A stretch of DNA of 64,000 nucleotides from positions 15,392,001-15,456,000 of the forward strand of contig CP086569.2 of the NCBI GenBank assembly GCA_009914755.4. The letters run 5' to 3'. This DNA is from the human T2T-CHM13v2.0 reference genome, Homo sapiens. Under the pieces are notes generated by a model, which was not told where the DNA came from, searched no databases, and saw only the letters and a program-made list of their open reading frames with translations. The number at the start of each line of letters is the position of its first letter. Position 1 is the first letter of the stretch. Below are positions 36,582-48,893 of this stretch, piece after piece. The translations under genes were made by a program, and so were the position numbers.

Positions 36582-38027
36582 GTCACACCCTCCTCCTCGC
36601 CCCCTGCAACTTGAAACTCCCTGGGAAAGATAACCTCCTGGACCTGGGAAATGAGGAGTATTTAGAAACAACTGCCTCTTGGTAAGCACACCTCCTATAT
36701 TTTATCCAAATCATGAAATTATAACAATAGAAGTAAACAAAAAGCCTTCATTCATCCTCTTTCAACCATAACCTCGGCATAAAAAGCTCCTGTACTTTAC
36801 AGAGCTGTATTCCAATTTTCGCTGCTCTTAAAATTTTTTTTAATATCATTGCTTCCCAATTGACTCACAATAACGCAGACATAGGGACTGCTGGAGACTG
36901 TGACCTTAAACAGTTAAAGATGTCTGCATATACGACATCATGTTTGGTGTGGAGAGTACCTAGAGATTCCTAAAAAAGCAAAGAGGAAGAAGGTTTGCTG
37001 TGCGCATCTGGGTACCCTGCTCTATCTCCAGGGTTCCCAGGATCTCTCTGTTACAGCTGGTTTGCACTGGGATTAGTTGCTCTTTGCATGAGGTTGTAGC
37101 TGTGGACGTGGGTTTTGTAGCGATTGGGACGACTCTGGAGATCTATTGGCTGCTGGGTTTGTAAATTTCATTCATTTTGGTCCAATGGCAGAAGGAGAGC
37201 GCCGGAAGCAGAAGGACCTCTCTCCCCTAGCTCTCTTTTTCTTGCAGAGACATCTTTCTCCCATCTCTGTCTGTTAGTACAGAGCTCTTATTCAGCCACT
37301 AGCTCGGCCTTTCCTGCTTCAATTGTAATGCTTGTTCTGCCCGGGGACACACTATTGACAGCAGAAACAATGAATTTCCTCCAAACCCGGCAATGTTGGT
37401 GGCTCTTGCATTCCTCTGGATGAGCGAATCTAGTTGGGGGGTTCCCGAAGGGGAAGGCGCCTGGGCTTTCAATACATCCTCCTGAATCATACTGCGTTTC
37501 AGGTTCCTTAGAAAAATTTGGATGTGTAAAAAGAACTCTTAACGGCGATGCAGGTCTTCCACAGCTAAGGTAGGTGCAGTTTTAAGACGTGTCTTTCGCA
37601 TATTATTATCCTTATTTTAAAAAGCCGTTTAAACAATTTGACTTGCAGTGGCTCTCCAGCAAAGGAGGGAAAGCCTCACTGGCGATATTTGAGCTTCATT
37701 TCATCTAATATTTATTTATTTTTTCCTTTTATTATTATTATTATTGGACAATTTGGGCTGGACTCTCTCCCATCTGTCTCGCTCCATTTCTTTGGTGTGG
37801 ATGGGAATGTGGACATCGATGTATGGCTTTTACATGCAATCTCTCCACAGGAACATTTGGTTTTATTTTCACTTAAAAATAAAAATGCAGACCACCAATG
37901 TTGTTTGGAAGCATTTTGCTGCAATCAGCTGTTTGAACAGCTCTGGGGCCATGTGCGGTGTGTTTAAAAAGTAGCGCTGCCTTCCATACAAATTAAAGGA
38001 AGACTGTGGCGGGGAAAGGAGGGGAAA

Positions 38028-38132
38028 AATATATATATATATACACACAGACATATATATGCGTATGTGTGAGTTTGTGAGTGTACACATACACACACAC
38101 ATATATATATGTACACACACACACATACATGC
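38028..38132. repeat. (TA)n/(CA)n compound microsatellite
   Basis: atatatatatatacacacagacatatatatgcgtatgtgtgag...acacacacacatatatatatgtacacacacacacatacatg. Confidence 0.9.
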
Positions 38133-38479
38133 AGTACAGGGGAAAAGGAGGGAAAAGGCCAGGGCTGGAGATGGCGAAAGCAGGAGGACTTCTGCAAACT
38201 GTGAGCATGGAAGGCTTTTCTTCTCTTTTCTCCCCACTCCAAAGCCCTCGTCTTCTTTAAGAAAACCACCACTGCCTGGGGTGCTTCTTTTGGGAGGCTG
38301 GGGTTGGGGGTTGGTGCCATTAACCAGAGAGAAAAGGGGAAATAAAGCTTGGTTGGGGTTGCATTATGAGATTTTTTTTTCCCTTCCTTCATCTCCTGGC
38401 CTCGGATAAGATAAGGCTTGGGGGATGCACGAAATAATCCAAGTGATTGATTAGACCTGGCATGGCTTGGTTGGGCTGG

Positions 38480-40240
38480 AGAAAGATCGGGGCGCGCTGG
38501 AAACCCCGCGTGAAGATGAAATGACTGTAGCTCCGTGCTGCTCCTCCAAACTCGGGAGCGGTATCCATGCACCCCTTTCCCGTGTGTGTGGGTTACGACG
38601 TGGGTGGGAGTGGTGAGGCAAGCCGCAAAAGTGGGGTAGAGCTGGTGGTTTTGCTTCTTCGGAAGCCTTTGAGTGTGGCCTGGACCTTAGATGGGGGTGC
38701 AGGGCGGTTTGCCGCTGCCACCCTCGGCACCATCTCTGAACTGCCCGCTTTTCCGGAGGAGCGGAAAAGTTGGAAGCCGAAAAGACAGGCGCCCGGAGCC
38801 CTGGTCTAGGTATCAGGTGATCCGGAGCCCTAGTCGGTGCCCACTAAGAACACCCCTTCTCCCATCGGGGGTTCGGAGGAGTGTTAAGCCTGCGGGTCTG
38901 CCAGTCCCTAAGGTAGGGATGGGGGAGGGGTCTGAGGAATCCGTTCCAATAGGCACACCATCCCCACAGCCCTAGAAAAGGCAACCACCACCCGCTCCTT
39001 CCTCCCGCACCATCCCATCTCAAGGCTCTCTGCTGACCCGGGCCGATTTCATCTGGTCTCTTCTCCCCCGCTTCCCACCTCCCAATTCCCGCGCAGCTCG
39101 GCTCCGTTCCCTCCCACTCCCCTAGGCGGAACTGAAAGCGAAGATCAGCCAAGAGCACAGTCGGAGGCGGCAGAGACGGTGGCGGGTGAGCTAGGGGCTG
39201 TGAGACGAAGCAGGGAGAGAGTGAACTTCAGCCCCGTCCCCTCCCCACTGCCACGGCTGGGGCAACCCAACCCGCGCCTGAAGCGGCTTGGCTTGACCTG
39301 CGGAAGCGCGGGCCGGGATGGCGTGGGGAGAGGGAGGTAGGTGCCACTGGGCTGCAGATGACGAGTGGGTTGGGGGCTTGCTGTGGGACAAGAGGTTCAG
39401 GTTCCGGCCTGCGCCTTCCACTCCGCGGTGGCGCTCTCTGCCTGCGGTTTTCCAGGAGGCCGATCTACCCCAGGGACACTCTCATCCTTCAGGCGGTCTC
39501 CTGGACGCCCTTTCCTCCCCTTGCCTCCCAGCCTGACCTGGCTCTTTCGCCCCTCGGAGAACCGGTAGGTTGGGGTCCCTCGGCGGGGGTCTAGTGAGCC
39601 GAGTCGCGAGCTTTGCGCCCCCGGTATCTAGGCCCCGTGCCGCGCGCAAATCCGGGCCCAGGCGTACAGTTCTGGAGCCTAGTCGCCGCCAGACACAGGG
39701 CCCTTTGTACCCGGAGGAGCGGGAGCGGGAGCGGGGGCGTCAGGGCAACCCTTGCACCCCAGAGGCCTGCCTAGGACCACCCTGGGAACAAATGTCTCGC
39801 TCGGAAAACGAGGTGAACCCGGAGGATGTCCTACGCATCATACCCCTCCCCTTCTTGAGAAGGCTTTTTCTTTTTTTCTTTTTTTTTCCCGGTTTCCTTT
39901 TCTCTGGCTTCTTCCACACCTTACCGCAGGTGTGGGCCTCTTTTCATGTATGTGCGGCTGCTATCTCGGGGATGCAGGGGAAGGCGGTGTAGGAGGCAGC
40001 GTGGAAGGGTACTAGGAGGTGGCGGCGGGATTTTGGGCCTGGTGATGTGCCCGAGCTTGCAGCTAGCTGGGGCACTGGGCCCCCAAGTCACGAATTCAGC
40101 CCAGGGCTTGGGCGAGACTGCCCGGAGCAAGGACGGAGGATCCAGATTTACCATTTGGACCCAAATTAAGAAATTTGGGGTGGGGGTTGGGTAGGGGTTT
40201 TGAAACTAAGCAGGTGACGTCCTTGCGAGCTGAATCCACA
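38480..40240. promoter_or_regulatory. CpG island, probably an unmethylated promoter of an unidentified gene/lncRNA
   Basis: Abrupt switch to high GC with dense unsuppressed CpG (ggggcgcgctggaaaccccgcg, gagccgagtcgcgagctttgcgcccccgg, ccccgtgccgcgcgcaaatccgggcc, ggagcgggagcgggagcgggggcg). No repeats and no convincing ORF; GT splice-donor-like motifs at ~39180 (gcgggtgagc) and ~39563 (aaccggtaggtt). Confidence 0.8.
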
Positions 40241-41054
40241 AGGTGGTAGTATGGCTTATATTATTTTTATTTTATTATTTTATTTTATTTTTCTATTGTT
40301 CATTTTTTTTGTGTGTGGGGAGTGGGGGATGTTTTTTTCTCTGTGTACTCCAATCTTATGCTTTTTGAAGGCATCCATTGCCCGTAGGGTTTACATAAGA
40401 CCGCGTTGCATTATATTTTCTTAAAAGTGGGGTGGTGTGCATAAGCTTCCATTTCAGAATCAGTCGCTCCTGTGATGTGAGGGAGGCAAAAGCAAAGAAA
40501 AGGAAAAATAAACAAAATAAGAAGTTTAGGGAGACTTCATTATCCCCACGAAGCCGGAATTGCCAGTTTGTGTGGTCGTTCTGCGGGCAACATAGAAGTG
40601 CGTGTTTCAGAAATCCTTGGATAGCTTCTTTCTTCTCCAACTAGAAATTAAATGGCCAGGGTGCAAACACCTGACTTTGATGAAAACAAAGTGGCAGAAA
40701 CTACAAGAGACCTGATTGCTTTCAATGAACGCACTGAGCCTTTTCCTAGAGGATGGCAGAGCTGGGAGAAATCAGATCTCAAAGAAATCTACAGTTTTGT
40801 GAGGGCAGATTTGGAGAGTGGAGAATTATTTCATACCTTTAGTTGGCCCTGGTGAAGATGTTAGCAGTAATCCATCAAATCCTTAGCATAGATTTTCCTG
40901 TGGAAATGAGCAAAATGTTAAGGGGTTGGGGGATGGCTATATAGGAATTTCATGGAGACCTCTGCAAGGATGTATTTTCTCAGATTAGAAATCCGGTATT
41001 TTATTACACAATGCAATGAATGCATTCTACACACACATGCATTCCATATTTCTG

Positions 41055-41095
41055 TATGTGTGTCTGTGTGTGTGTGTGTGTGTGTGTGTATGTAG
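41055..41095. repeat. (TG)n microsatellite
   Basis: tgtgtgtctgtgtgtgtgtgtgtgtgtgtgtgtatg; a second (GT)n at 41206-41226. Confidence 0.9.
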
Positions 41096-43024
41096 TCTTT
41101 TTAAAGAGTATCTTTGACATGTAAAAACATAATCAGGGCCATTGTAGGAAGTGGAAAATTACTTCATCAGTTTTAAATCAGTGGATTAAAATCGGAGGCT
41201 TGATTTTGTGTGTGTGTGTGTGTGTAACACTAGAATGATAATTGCATATTCATAATAATGTTTGTGCTTGGATACCATTTTAAAGTTGCTTTGATGTTTT
41301 CTGCTCTGGTGAAAGAATTTTTCTTTTCTTTGTGTTTTATTTAAATAAACTAATGCTTCATATACAGTAGGCCCTAAAACCAGTAACCTAGCTGATTTTT
41401 ACCCAAACCTAAGAATATAACAGATACTTGGTAAGGGACTAGTGGCTGCATAAGGTAGATAATTATGTTATCTTGATGCTGTAAAATTTACAAGCAGACT
41501 TGAAGGAATTTGAAAGTTCACAGTTTTGGGCCTGGAATGTAGACTAATGGTAAGCATACAGATTTGTTTTTAATTTGTGAATTTGGCTTTTTCATTTTTG
41601 TGTGTGTAGTAATTTGTGGAAAGCTTATAGTCTCTCCACAAAGACAGGAGCTTTTGACTGACTCGCCATCAGAGAATTGCTTTCACAAGTGCAGGGGTCT
41701 CTTTAAAATCTCTTTGGAATACTGTGCTTTTATTTCTACACCACAAAAAAGGATCTCACAAAAGTAAACATTCAAGTGCATGACCGAATGACCTTTTTTA
41801 AACATTCTTTCATTTTAATTGGTACTCCACACTTCAAACCTTTCCTAAAACTTTGAATATTGTCAATAATGCAAGTTGCTGAGCGAATATTGTGAATATT
41901 GCATTCAAATGAAGTAGCAATATAAAAATATTTTAAGTCATTTAATGTCCTCCTTCTGAAGACAGGCGTATGTGGTTAAAATATACTTAAATTCCAAATA
42001 TGGTGAGAGCCGGTCTTAGGATGTGAATGTCAAGTTTAAGCAACACAATTTTAGTTTGTAAACCAGAATGTATTCTTTCTATACTACTTTCTGATTTTTA
42101 ACAATATGTATTCTATTCCTAAATGGGAAAAATATGTTCAGTTGAGTTCAAATCCATTGCTGTTTTTTGTTTTTGTCTGAGTACTACACTTTTTCAGAGG
42201 AGAGTCTTCATCTCCTACTTAATTATGTGAATGGATTTTCAGACAGACTGTGCCTTCTGTATAGCCACCTTTTATTTCTTAAACCCCTGAGCTACAAGTT
42301 TTAAATCAAAGATACAGCTTTTGCCCAGTCATTTAGAGAAAGTGAGAATGGAAATTGAAGCCCAGGCCATTGAGGCAATTAGGTCATCTGCTGTGCCCTC
42401 TGCTACCATTCAGTCAATGAATATTTTACAGTTTCATCATTTTAATCTAAACAACCTACATTTGGACTTTGAAAGGCTCCACTGTTTTTTGTTAAGTGAA
42501 TGGCAGTGTAGGAAACCCTTCCTCATTTTTCTTGGGGCAGAGTGGCACACATGAATGAGAAAAAAAGAAGGCGATACCTCCTAGCAGTTTGTCATTGTGA
42601 CATTCATAGGCTTTGAATAAATGTGTAGATGAAAAGGCCTTCTCTCTGCAGGTGATTACATGAAATAAAAAATAAGTAAATAAAAGGCTCATAAAAACAC
42701 TACAGGAGTGGAAGGTTGATGGTGGAAAACAGCCTATCTACCTTGGGTTGAGATTTCAAACTTTAGACATTTTGTGTTGAGTTCACATGTCCCTGATGTA
42801 TGGGGAACACCTCCATATACCACATCTTCCCAAGGCATGCTCATCTTCCCAGAAATGGTACCTGAAGGAGAGCAGGCCTAACCCCAACAATATTTTTAAA
42901 AACTCTCTCTATATATGTAACTATATATATAGAGTAAAATCTGTATCTTACTGTATATTATATATATATAGTAATATATATTTTAATAAGGTTTGTATTT
43001 ATAAAGGAAAGAAGTTTAAATGAC

Positions 43025-43317
43025 TCGCAGTTCAGCATGGCTGGAGAGGCCTCAAGAAACTTACAATTATGGGAAACGGGAAGCAAACACATCCTTCACA
43101 GGATGGCAGGAAGGAGATGAATGAGAACCAAGTGATTCATGGAAAGCCCCTTATAAAACGATCAGATCTTGTGAGAACTTACTATCATGAGAATGGCATG
43201 GAGGAAACTGCCCCTGTGATTCAATTATCTCCCACCACGTCCCTCCCATGACACATGGGGATTGTGGAGCCGCAATTCAAGATGAGGTTTGGGTGGGGAC
43301 ACAGTCAAATCATATCA
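43025..43317 (-). mobile_element. MaLR LTR (THE1/MST-type) fragment
   Basis: ggcctcaagaaacttacaattatgggaaacgggaagcaaacacatccttcacaggatggcaggaaggagatg...cacatggggattgtggagccgcaattcaagatgaggtttgggtggggacacagtcaaatcatatca. Confidence 0.75.
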
Positions 43318-44556
43318 TGAGGTTTTATTATTTAAGACAGGAAAAGAGTAATCGTCCATACTTTAGACGGGAGATGAAGTACAGTGAACATTCATAGTCC
43401 CATTGGTTGAAGAATACATTTCGAAGAGAGAAATGTTAATTTCATTATATTGCTAATGAAATGATCTAGGCTTTCACTGCTCTCTGGAAATGTGGAGAAG
43501 TGGCCCAGGATCTTGTTTGGGTTGTTCTATTTAAAATGTACATTACATAAAGAAATCATGATTTGTCAAAGTAACAGAGTGGTATTTTTGGCTTACAATG
43601 GGACTTTCTTAGCTCCACCTGTTAATATCGATGATCATTTTGGTTTTAAGAGGCCAGTATCTGATTGGATGATGAAAACCTGGATCTCAAAGCCATCACC
43701 CCAGACATGTGATTTTATTAACATCTGTGGGCATGTCTCCTGGCTCCCACATCAACCCTTCATCCAGGCTCATTTTCTCTGTTTTTGTTTGGTTGTTTGT
43801 ATGCTTTGGGTGGGGAAAGGGGACACATATTTTGCTAAGGGCACCTTTTTCAGTCATGAAACGTAGCCTGTCAATAAGCTGAAAAGGAACTTGAGTTGTT
43901 TCAAGTTGCATTAGGTAGTAAGTTTTTGGATCCTTTAAAAAAAAAAAGGACTGAGGTTACTAAAAGTGTTATTGGCACTGATAAAAGAGCCATGGTGACT
44001 TGTGGTTTGTTTTCACAAGGTGTGGAAAAGGCCTCCTTGGTTCTTTGATGATGGCTGTAGTGAAGTTGCATGCGGTGCCATTTTCCATGTTTAGTATTTC
44101 AACAACACCAATATGTGGCTCTGGAGTATGGGACGGGCAATTCCAAGAACTCAGTGAGGCATGCCATGTGACTCCAATGGTCAGTCAGAGCTGTTCAGCA
44201 TGGAACTATGGTCCCAAAAGCATGGGGGATGGGGGCAGAAGAAACTCATTGCAACTGAGTGTCTTTAACTTGTTCCAGTCCTCACTACTCTCTGTGAATA
44301 TAACTCTGTGAGTGGGTTAGGTGAGGAAACTCACAAAAGTAAATGCGTGTTTTCACAAACAAATTTTATCATTGTTAACTGTTTTCCTAAGTGAGACAAT
44401 ATGCCCTCATGCCCTGAAGCTACACTGTAAGAATGGCAGTATGTATGAGCAGGTGTATACACATACATGTGCACATATGCCAACACACTAACTAGGAACT
44501 AGTCCTTGCAGAAAATGTTTTTCTCAGCCATTCTAACACACTAGATAAAAGCAAGT

Positions 44557-44645
44557 ATGTGTGTGTGTGTATATATATACACACACATATGTACATACAT
44601 GTATAAACACATATATGTACATATATATATATATATATATATATC
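44557..44645. repeat. (CA)n/(TA)n compound microsatellite
   Basis: gtgtgtgtgtgtatatatatacacacacatatgtacatacatgtataaacacatatatgtacatatatatatatatatatatatatctg. Confidence 0.9.
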
Positions 44646-44735
44646 TGAAGGAAAAATATCATTTTTCATTAGTTACTTTCCTTTTTTTATTCCCATCATT
44701 CACCAAACCTATGTTATATTAAACAATCCATAACA

Positions 44736-44940
44736 CCTGGCCTGGACAATAGAGTGAGACCCTAACTCCACAAAGAAACAAAAATTAAAAACAAAGTAGC
44801 TGGCACTAGGCAAGTACCTGTGGTTCCAACTGAGGTGGGAGGATCACTTGAACATAGGAGTTCATGGCTGCAGTGAGCTATAATTACACCACTGTACTCC
44901 AGCCTGAGAGACAGAGCAAGACCCTATCTCTAAAAAATAT
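44736..44940 (+). mobile_element. Alu-derived fragments (Alu 3'-end piece followed by an Alu right-arm monomer)
   Basis: cctggacaatagagtgagaccctaactcc...gtagctggcactaggcaagtacctgtggttccaactgaggtgggaggatcacttgaacataggagttcatggctgcagtgagctataattacaccactgtactccagcctgagagacagagcaagaccctatctc. Confidence 0.75.
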
Positions 44941-45839
44941 ATATAAATAAAACATAAAAAATAAAAATAGAAAATTTACAATGAAAGGTGTAAAGTTACC
45001 TATGATGGGCCTGGGTGTAATCTTCATTTAGGAGTGAATATATTCATTAAAGTGAGACCTAAGTAGTATAAAGTATGTGTTTAGGGACAGGTGCCCATTT
45101 TCTCTAGGTCTCCTGGAATATTTTTTTTCTAAATTGAGTTCTGATTCCAAAAAAGGTGTTATTGCCTATGCTTATGGTGAAACTATATGTGTGACAAAAT
45201 GCTACTCTGTCTTGTCCATCAATATTGTGCAATGTGGTATTCTTTCATGGAGCAATTGACAACTTTTACAGTGATCAAACTGGGCACTCTTTACTAAGGC
45301 TAAATTCATAACCCTTTTATCTGACTTTGTAGAAGATTCTCACCTTTATTTCTCTCGGTGCCCAAAGGCTGGCCTGAGAGACTGTTCCCATTGAAGCCTT
45401 ACAGAAAGCTTGTAGAGCATTGTAACAGCCCAGCTTCAGAAACCCAGCATTGACTTTCAATAAATATGAAGGAGTTTGAAGTCACAAATGTTGAGAACCT
45501 CATTATAGTCTCTTTATGAACTTGAGTCCCTCTCTTCCTGCAGACTTCCTTTGAACTCAAATTTAATGTGCACTACTTATTCACCCTTGTACTTATGGAA
45601 AAGCATTGACAATCCCAGGTAATAACTAGAGAAGAAGTGAGTGAATGCTAGAGGGTTTCTCATTTAGGTTGTTCACTCACCACTGTGCACAGGCTCTTTA
45701 GAAATCTACTTACACATGATGAGACTGTAAGCAGACTTATGTTTCTGAAGCATCAGTATACAGGTGTGCAGAAAGAAATGGGCTAGGTCACTTAACAGCT
45801 ACGAGTATAACTAAGATGGACAAAATAGTTTTATTTGCA

Positions 45840-46540
45840 GATTATATCTATAGAGCCTTCATCATCTATATCTATATCTATATATAAAATAGGGTGCATA
45901 TAAACATACACAGATCATAGATTATTCATTTCAGTTTCTACATACAATATGTAATTTATATACAATTGCATTTATGTGCATTTATATAATAGTATTTGTA
46001 TACAACTTCTATACTTGAATAAAACTGTCATCTTCAATAGCTGTTTAATATATATTTATTTCTAGATAGTTGTATTTATGTACATTTACATAATTGTATT
46101 TATATACAGTTTATATTACTGATGAAAGCCTTTATCACTTGCAAACTTACTTATACAAAATACAATTTATCTAAACATAAAATGTATTATATAAATATAA
46201 GTTATATATTAATATATAGCATATACAATAAGTCATAAATATATAATAAAAATGTGTTTTGTATACTTATTTATTATATATTGAGTATAACTCATTTAAA
46301 TACAATTTTTATATTATATAATGTATTATATATTGTGTAATAAATATAATTTATATATTGCTATTATATATACCTATTGTATATAAGATATAATAAAATC
46401 CATCTAAATCTATAATAAAATATGTATATATTTATGTTCTGTATATGTATTTTTCTTGCTTTTTATGTATTAAAAATACATACAAACTATATATGTAGTA
46501 TACTGCAAACTATATATATAGACATGCATTTTCCAAAAGA
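45840..46540. repeat. Extended AT-rich low-complexity region (TATA/ATAC-type motifs)
   Basis: ~700 bp at >80% A+T with recurring tatatat, atacaat and tgtatttat motifs. Confidence 0.85.
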
Positions 46541-47094
46541 AACTGTGTTATAGGTGGTGAGTGAACTTCTAGGCTGATTCACAGGAGCTATGGTTACTAT
46601 GCGTAGTGGTCCATGGAAACTACAACTTTACTTTCAAGTGGAGCATAAGAGCTATAAATGACTGTAATATGATAGCAAGCACATCATGGCACTCTGTGAA
46701 TCCTGAGAAATCGACCTTTCGTGTGTTTTGTGAACCAGTCAGGAAAGCTCATTTGAGTGGGAGGATGTGTCAAGCCATGTGTCTCTCCCACCGAGATGGA
46801 TAGACAACATCTGCTTATAGACTGAGAAACTACCTGAGGTTGTGTGGAAGTCATGACAAATTGGCAATGTCCTCAGTGTGTTCGGGGTGGGAGGTGGTGA
46901 TGTCCCTGGACCTATGCTTAGCTTTTATCCCTCTGTGGGACCAATTCTGTTGGCAAAATCACTTCTGTGGTCTTGCTCCAGATGAAAAATCAACATGGAA
47001 GGCTTAGGGGTTTAGTGCTCTAGTTAATGGCAAGAAAGAAAATCAGTGACTAAGATCAATTTATCCTTTTGTGCAAAACAGCTTTTTTATTGGA

Positions 47095-47157
47095 GGAGCT
47101 AGGTCTTATATAGAGCTAGCTCTTATATAGAGCAGGAGCTAGCTCTTATATAGAGCC
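47095..47157 (+). repeat. Tandem ~20-mer x3
   Basis: gagctaggtcttatatagag / ctagctcttatatagagcag / gagctagctcttatatagagcc. Confidence 0.85.
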
Positions 47158-47394
47158 ACCTAGTATGTTCTTTCATTTGTCATTTTTATTGATCATCTAC
47201 TATATGCCAGATACAGGCCAGAAAGCAAATTCTGAGCTGGTAATGGAGAGGCAAAATAGGCCATCCCTGTACTCTAAAAAATCCTGCCTATGTGTGGATG
47301 TTCACAAGAACGTTGTTAAGATTTTTAGTTCAGGTATGGATTACTTTCTTTCATTTTTGTTGTATACATTACATTTTTTTTCTTTCATCCTCAT

Positions 47395-47555
47395 ACCTCT
47401 CTCCTTCCCTTCCTTCCTTCTTCCCTTACTTCCCTCCCTCCTTCCTTCTTTTTCTCTATTTTCCTTCCTTTTTTTCTCTCCCTCCTTCCCTCCCTCCATC
47501 CTTCTTTCCTTCCTTCCTTCCTTCTTTCCTTCCTTTCTTCTTCCCTCTTTCCTTT
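47395..47555. repeat. (TTCC)n/(CCTT)n microsatellite
   Basis: ccttcccttccttccttcttccc...ccttctttccttccttccttccttctttccttcc. Confidence 0.95.
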
Positions 47556-48217
47556 ATGCTATTTGGATGAGTGATAAAATCTCAAGGGTCCTTAAAATAT
47601 TAAAGGGAAAATGAAGATAATTCTATTGAAGAACAGATCAAATAGGAAAGAGTAATGAAAAGAAAGCTTCCTGGAATGAGAAATTAGCATGTTCTTTACA
47701 ATTTAATAGAATTTTTCATATACTATATTTGTATAGCTGGTTAGATTTTAAAACTTTGTCAAACCCTACATTTATAAAACCTTAGTTTTCATTTTAGTAA
47801 GTTATATGGATGAATGCACACATAAAGCAGATTACCTTGATTCAACAAAAACATTCAAATATTAGTGATCCTTTTTTTTTAACATATGGTAGTGGAAACA
47901 GCTTGATTAATTTATGGCTATTTCCTACATACTTTTTAAAATCAATAAGCAACAGTCAGATATTTCAGCATTTTTAAGGCATGAACAGTACCTTGAATTG
48001 TAATATATTTTAGTCTAAAACATCTGGTAACATCACAGGTAATTGCTTCAAACTCTACTGCCGCTCATATAATTTACTTTTTTCATCAATTTAAGGTCTT
48101 TTAGAGTCATGAGAGGACCTTTAAAATAGATAACATCACTCATACTATTGAGCTAGGATTGCTTAAAGATGGAGCATAGATTACATTGTCTCAGAGGAAA
48201 ATATTTTATGAAGATTC

Positions 48218-48828
48218 TTTTTTTTGTGTGTGTGTTCTTGGATACATGTGCAGAATGTGCAGGTTTGTGATAGAGTTATACATGTGCCATGGTGGTTTGC
48301 TGGACCTATCAACCAGCCATCTAGGTTTTAAGCCCCACATGCATTATGTATTTGTCCTAGAGCTTTGCCTCCCCCTTTCTCCCACCCTGCACCAGGCCCC
48401 AGTGTGTGAAATTCACCTCCCTGTGTCCCTGTATTCCCATTGTTCAGATTGGACTTATATGAGAACATGTGGTGCTGGTTTTCGGTTCCTCTGTTAGTTT
48501 GCTGAGAATGATGGTTTCCAGCTTCATCACGTTCATGGAAAGGACATGAACTCATTCTTTTTCATGGCTGCTTAGTATTCCATGGTGTATTTGTGCCACA
48601 TTTTTTTCTATCCAGTCTATCACTGATGGTCATTTAGTTTGGTTCCAAGTCTTTGCTATTGTAAACAGTGCTGCAGTAACCATACATGTGTATGCGTCTT
48701 TATAGTAGAATGATTTATAATCCTTTAGGTATATACGCAGTAATGGGATGGCTGAGTCATATGGTATTTATGGTTCTAGATCCCTGAGGAATCTCCACAC
48801 ACTCTTCTGCAATGGTTGAACTGATTCA
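48218..48828 (-). mobile_element. Older L1 (L1PA/L1PB-like) 3' end
   Basis: ttttttttgtgtgtgtgttcttggatacatgtgcagaatgtgcaggtttgtgatagagttatacatgtgccatgg...gagaacatgtggtgctggttttcggttcc...cctgaggaatctccacacactcttctgcaatggttgaactgattcat is the reverse complement of the L1 ORF2 C-term plus 3'UTR. Confidence 0.85.
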
Positions 48829-48837
48829 TAGCCAACA

Positions 48838-48893
48838 AACATGTGAAAAAAAGCTCATCATCACTGGTCATTAGAGAAATGCAAATGATTCTT
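48838..48893 (+). mobile_element. Short inverted L1 segment abutting the L1 above (twin-priming-type 5' inversion)
   Basis: catgtgaaaaaaagctcatcatcactggtcattagagaaatgcaaatga is L1 ORF2 sense orientation (...aaaagatgctcatcatcactggccatcagagaaatgcaaatc) and sits next to the antisense L1 body. Confidence 0.6.

Noticed and set aside
37964-38572. 202-aa ORF on the minus strand
   Set aside because: The translation runs through the (TA)n/(CA)n microsatellite (…VCVCVYIYICVCVCVHSQTHTYAYICLCVYIYIF…) and GC-rich promoter-like sequence. It has no homology and is a low-complexity artefact.
39570-39992. 140-aa ORF inside the CpG island (and other 60-100 aa ORFs at 38691-39594)
   Set aside because: Pro/Arg/Gly-rich, includes a poly-Phe from a pyrimidine tract, and has no recognisable domain. 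Open frames of this kind are expected by chance in GC-rich DNA. I treat the region as regulatory or non-coding exon.
40652-40855. 67-aa ORF starting MARVQTPDFDENKVAETTRDL… just downstream of the CpG island
   Set aside because: No recognisable homology, no splice or poly-A context I can verify, and too short. It could be part of a transcript UTR, but I cannot support a CDS call.
47165-47614. 149-aa ORF
   Set aside because: It spans the (TTCC)n microsatellite (…SFLLPLLPSLLPSFSLFSFLFFSPSFPPSILLSFLPSFFPSFLLPSF…) and is pure repeat translation.
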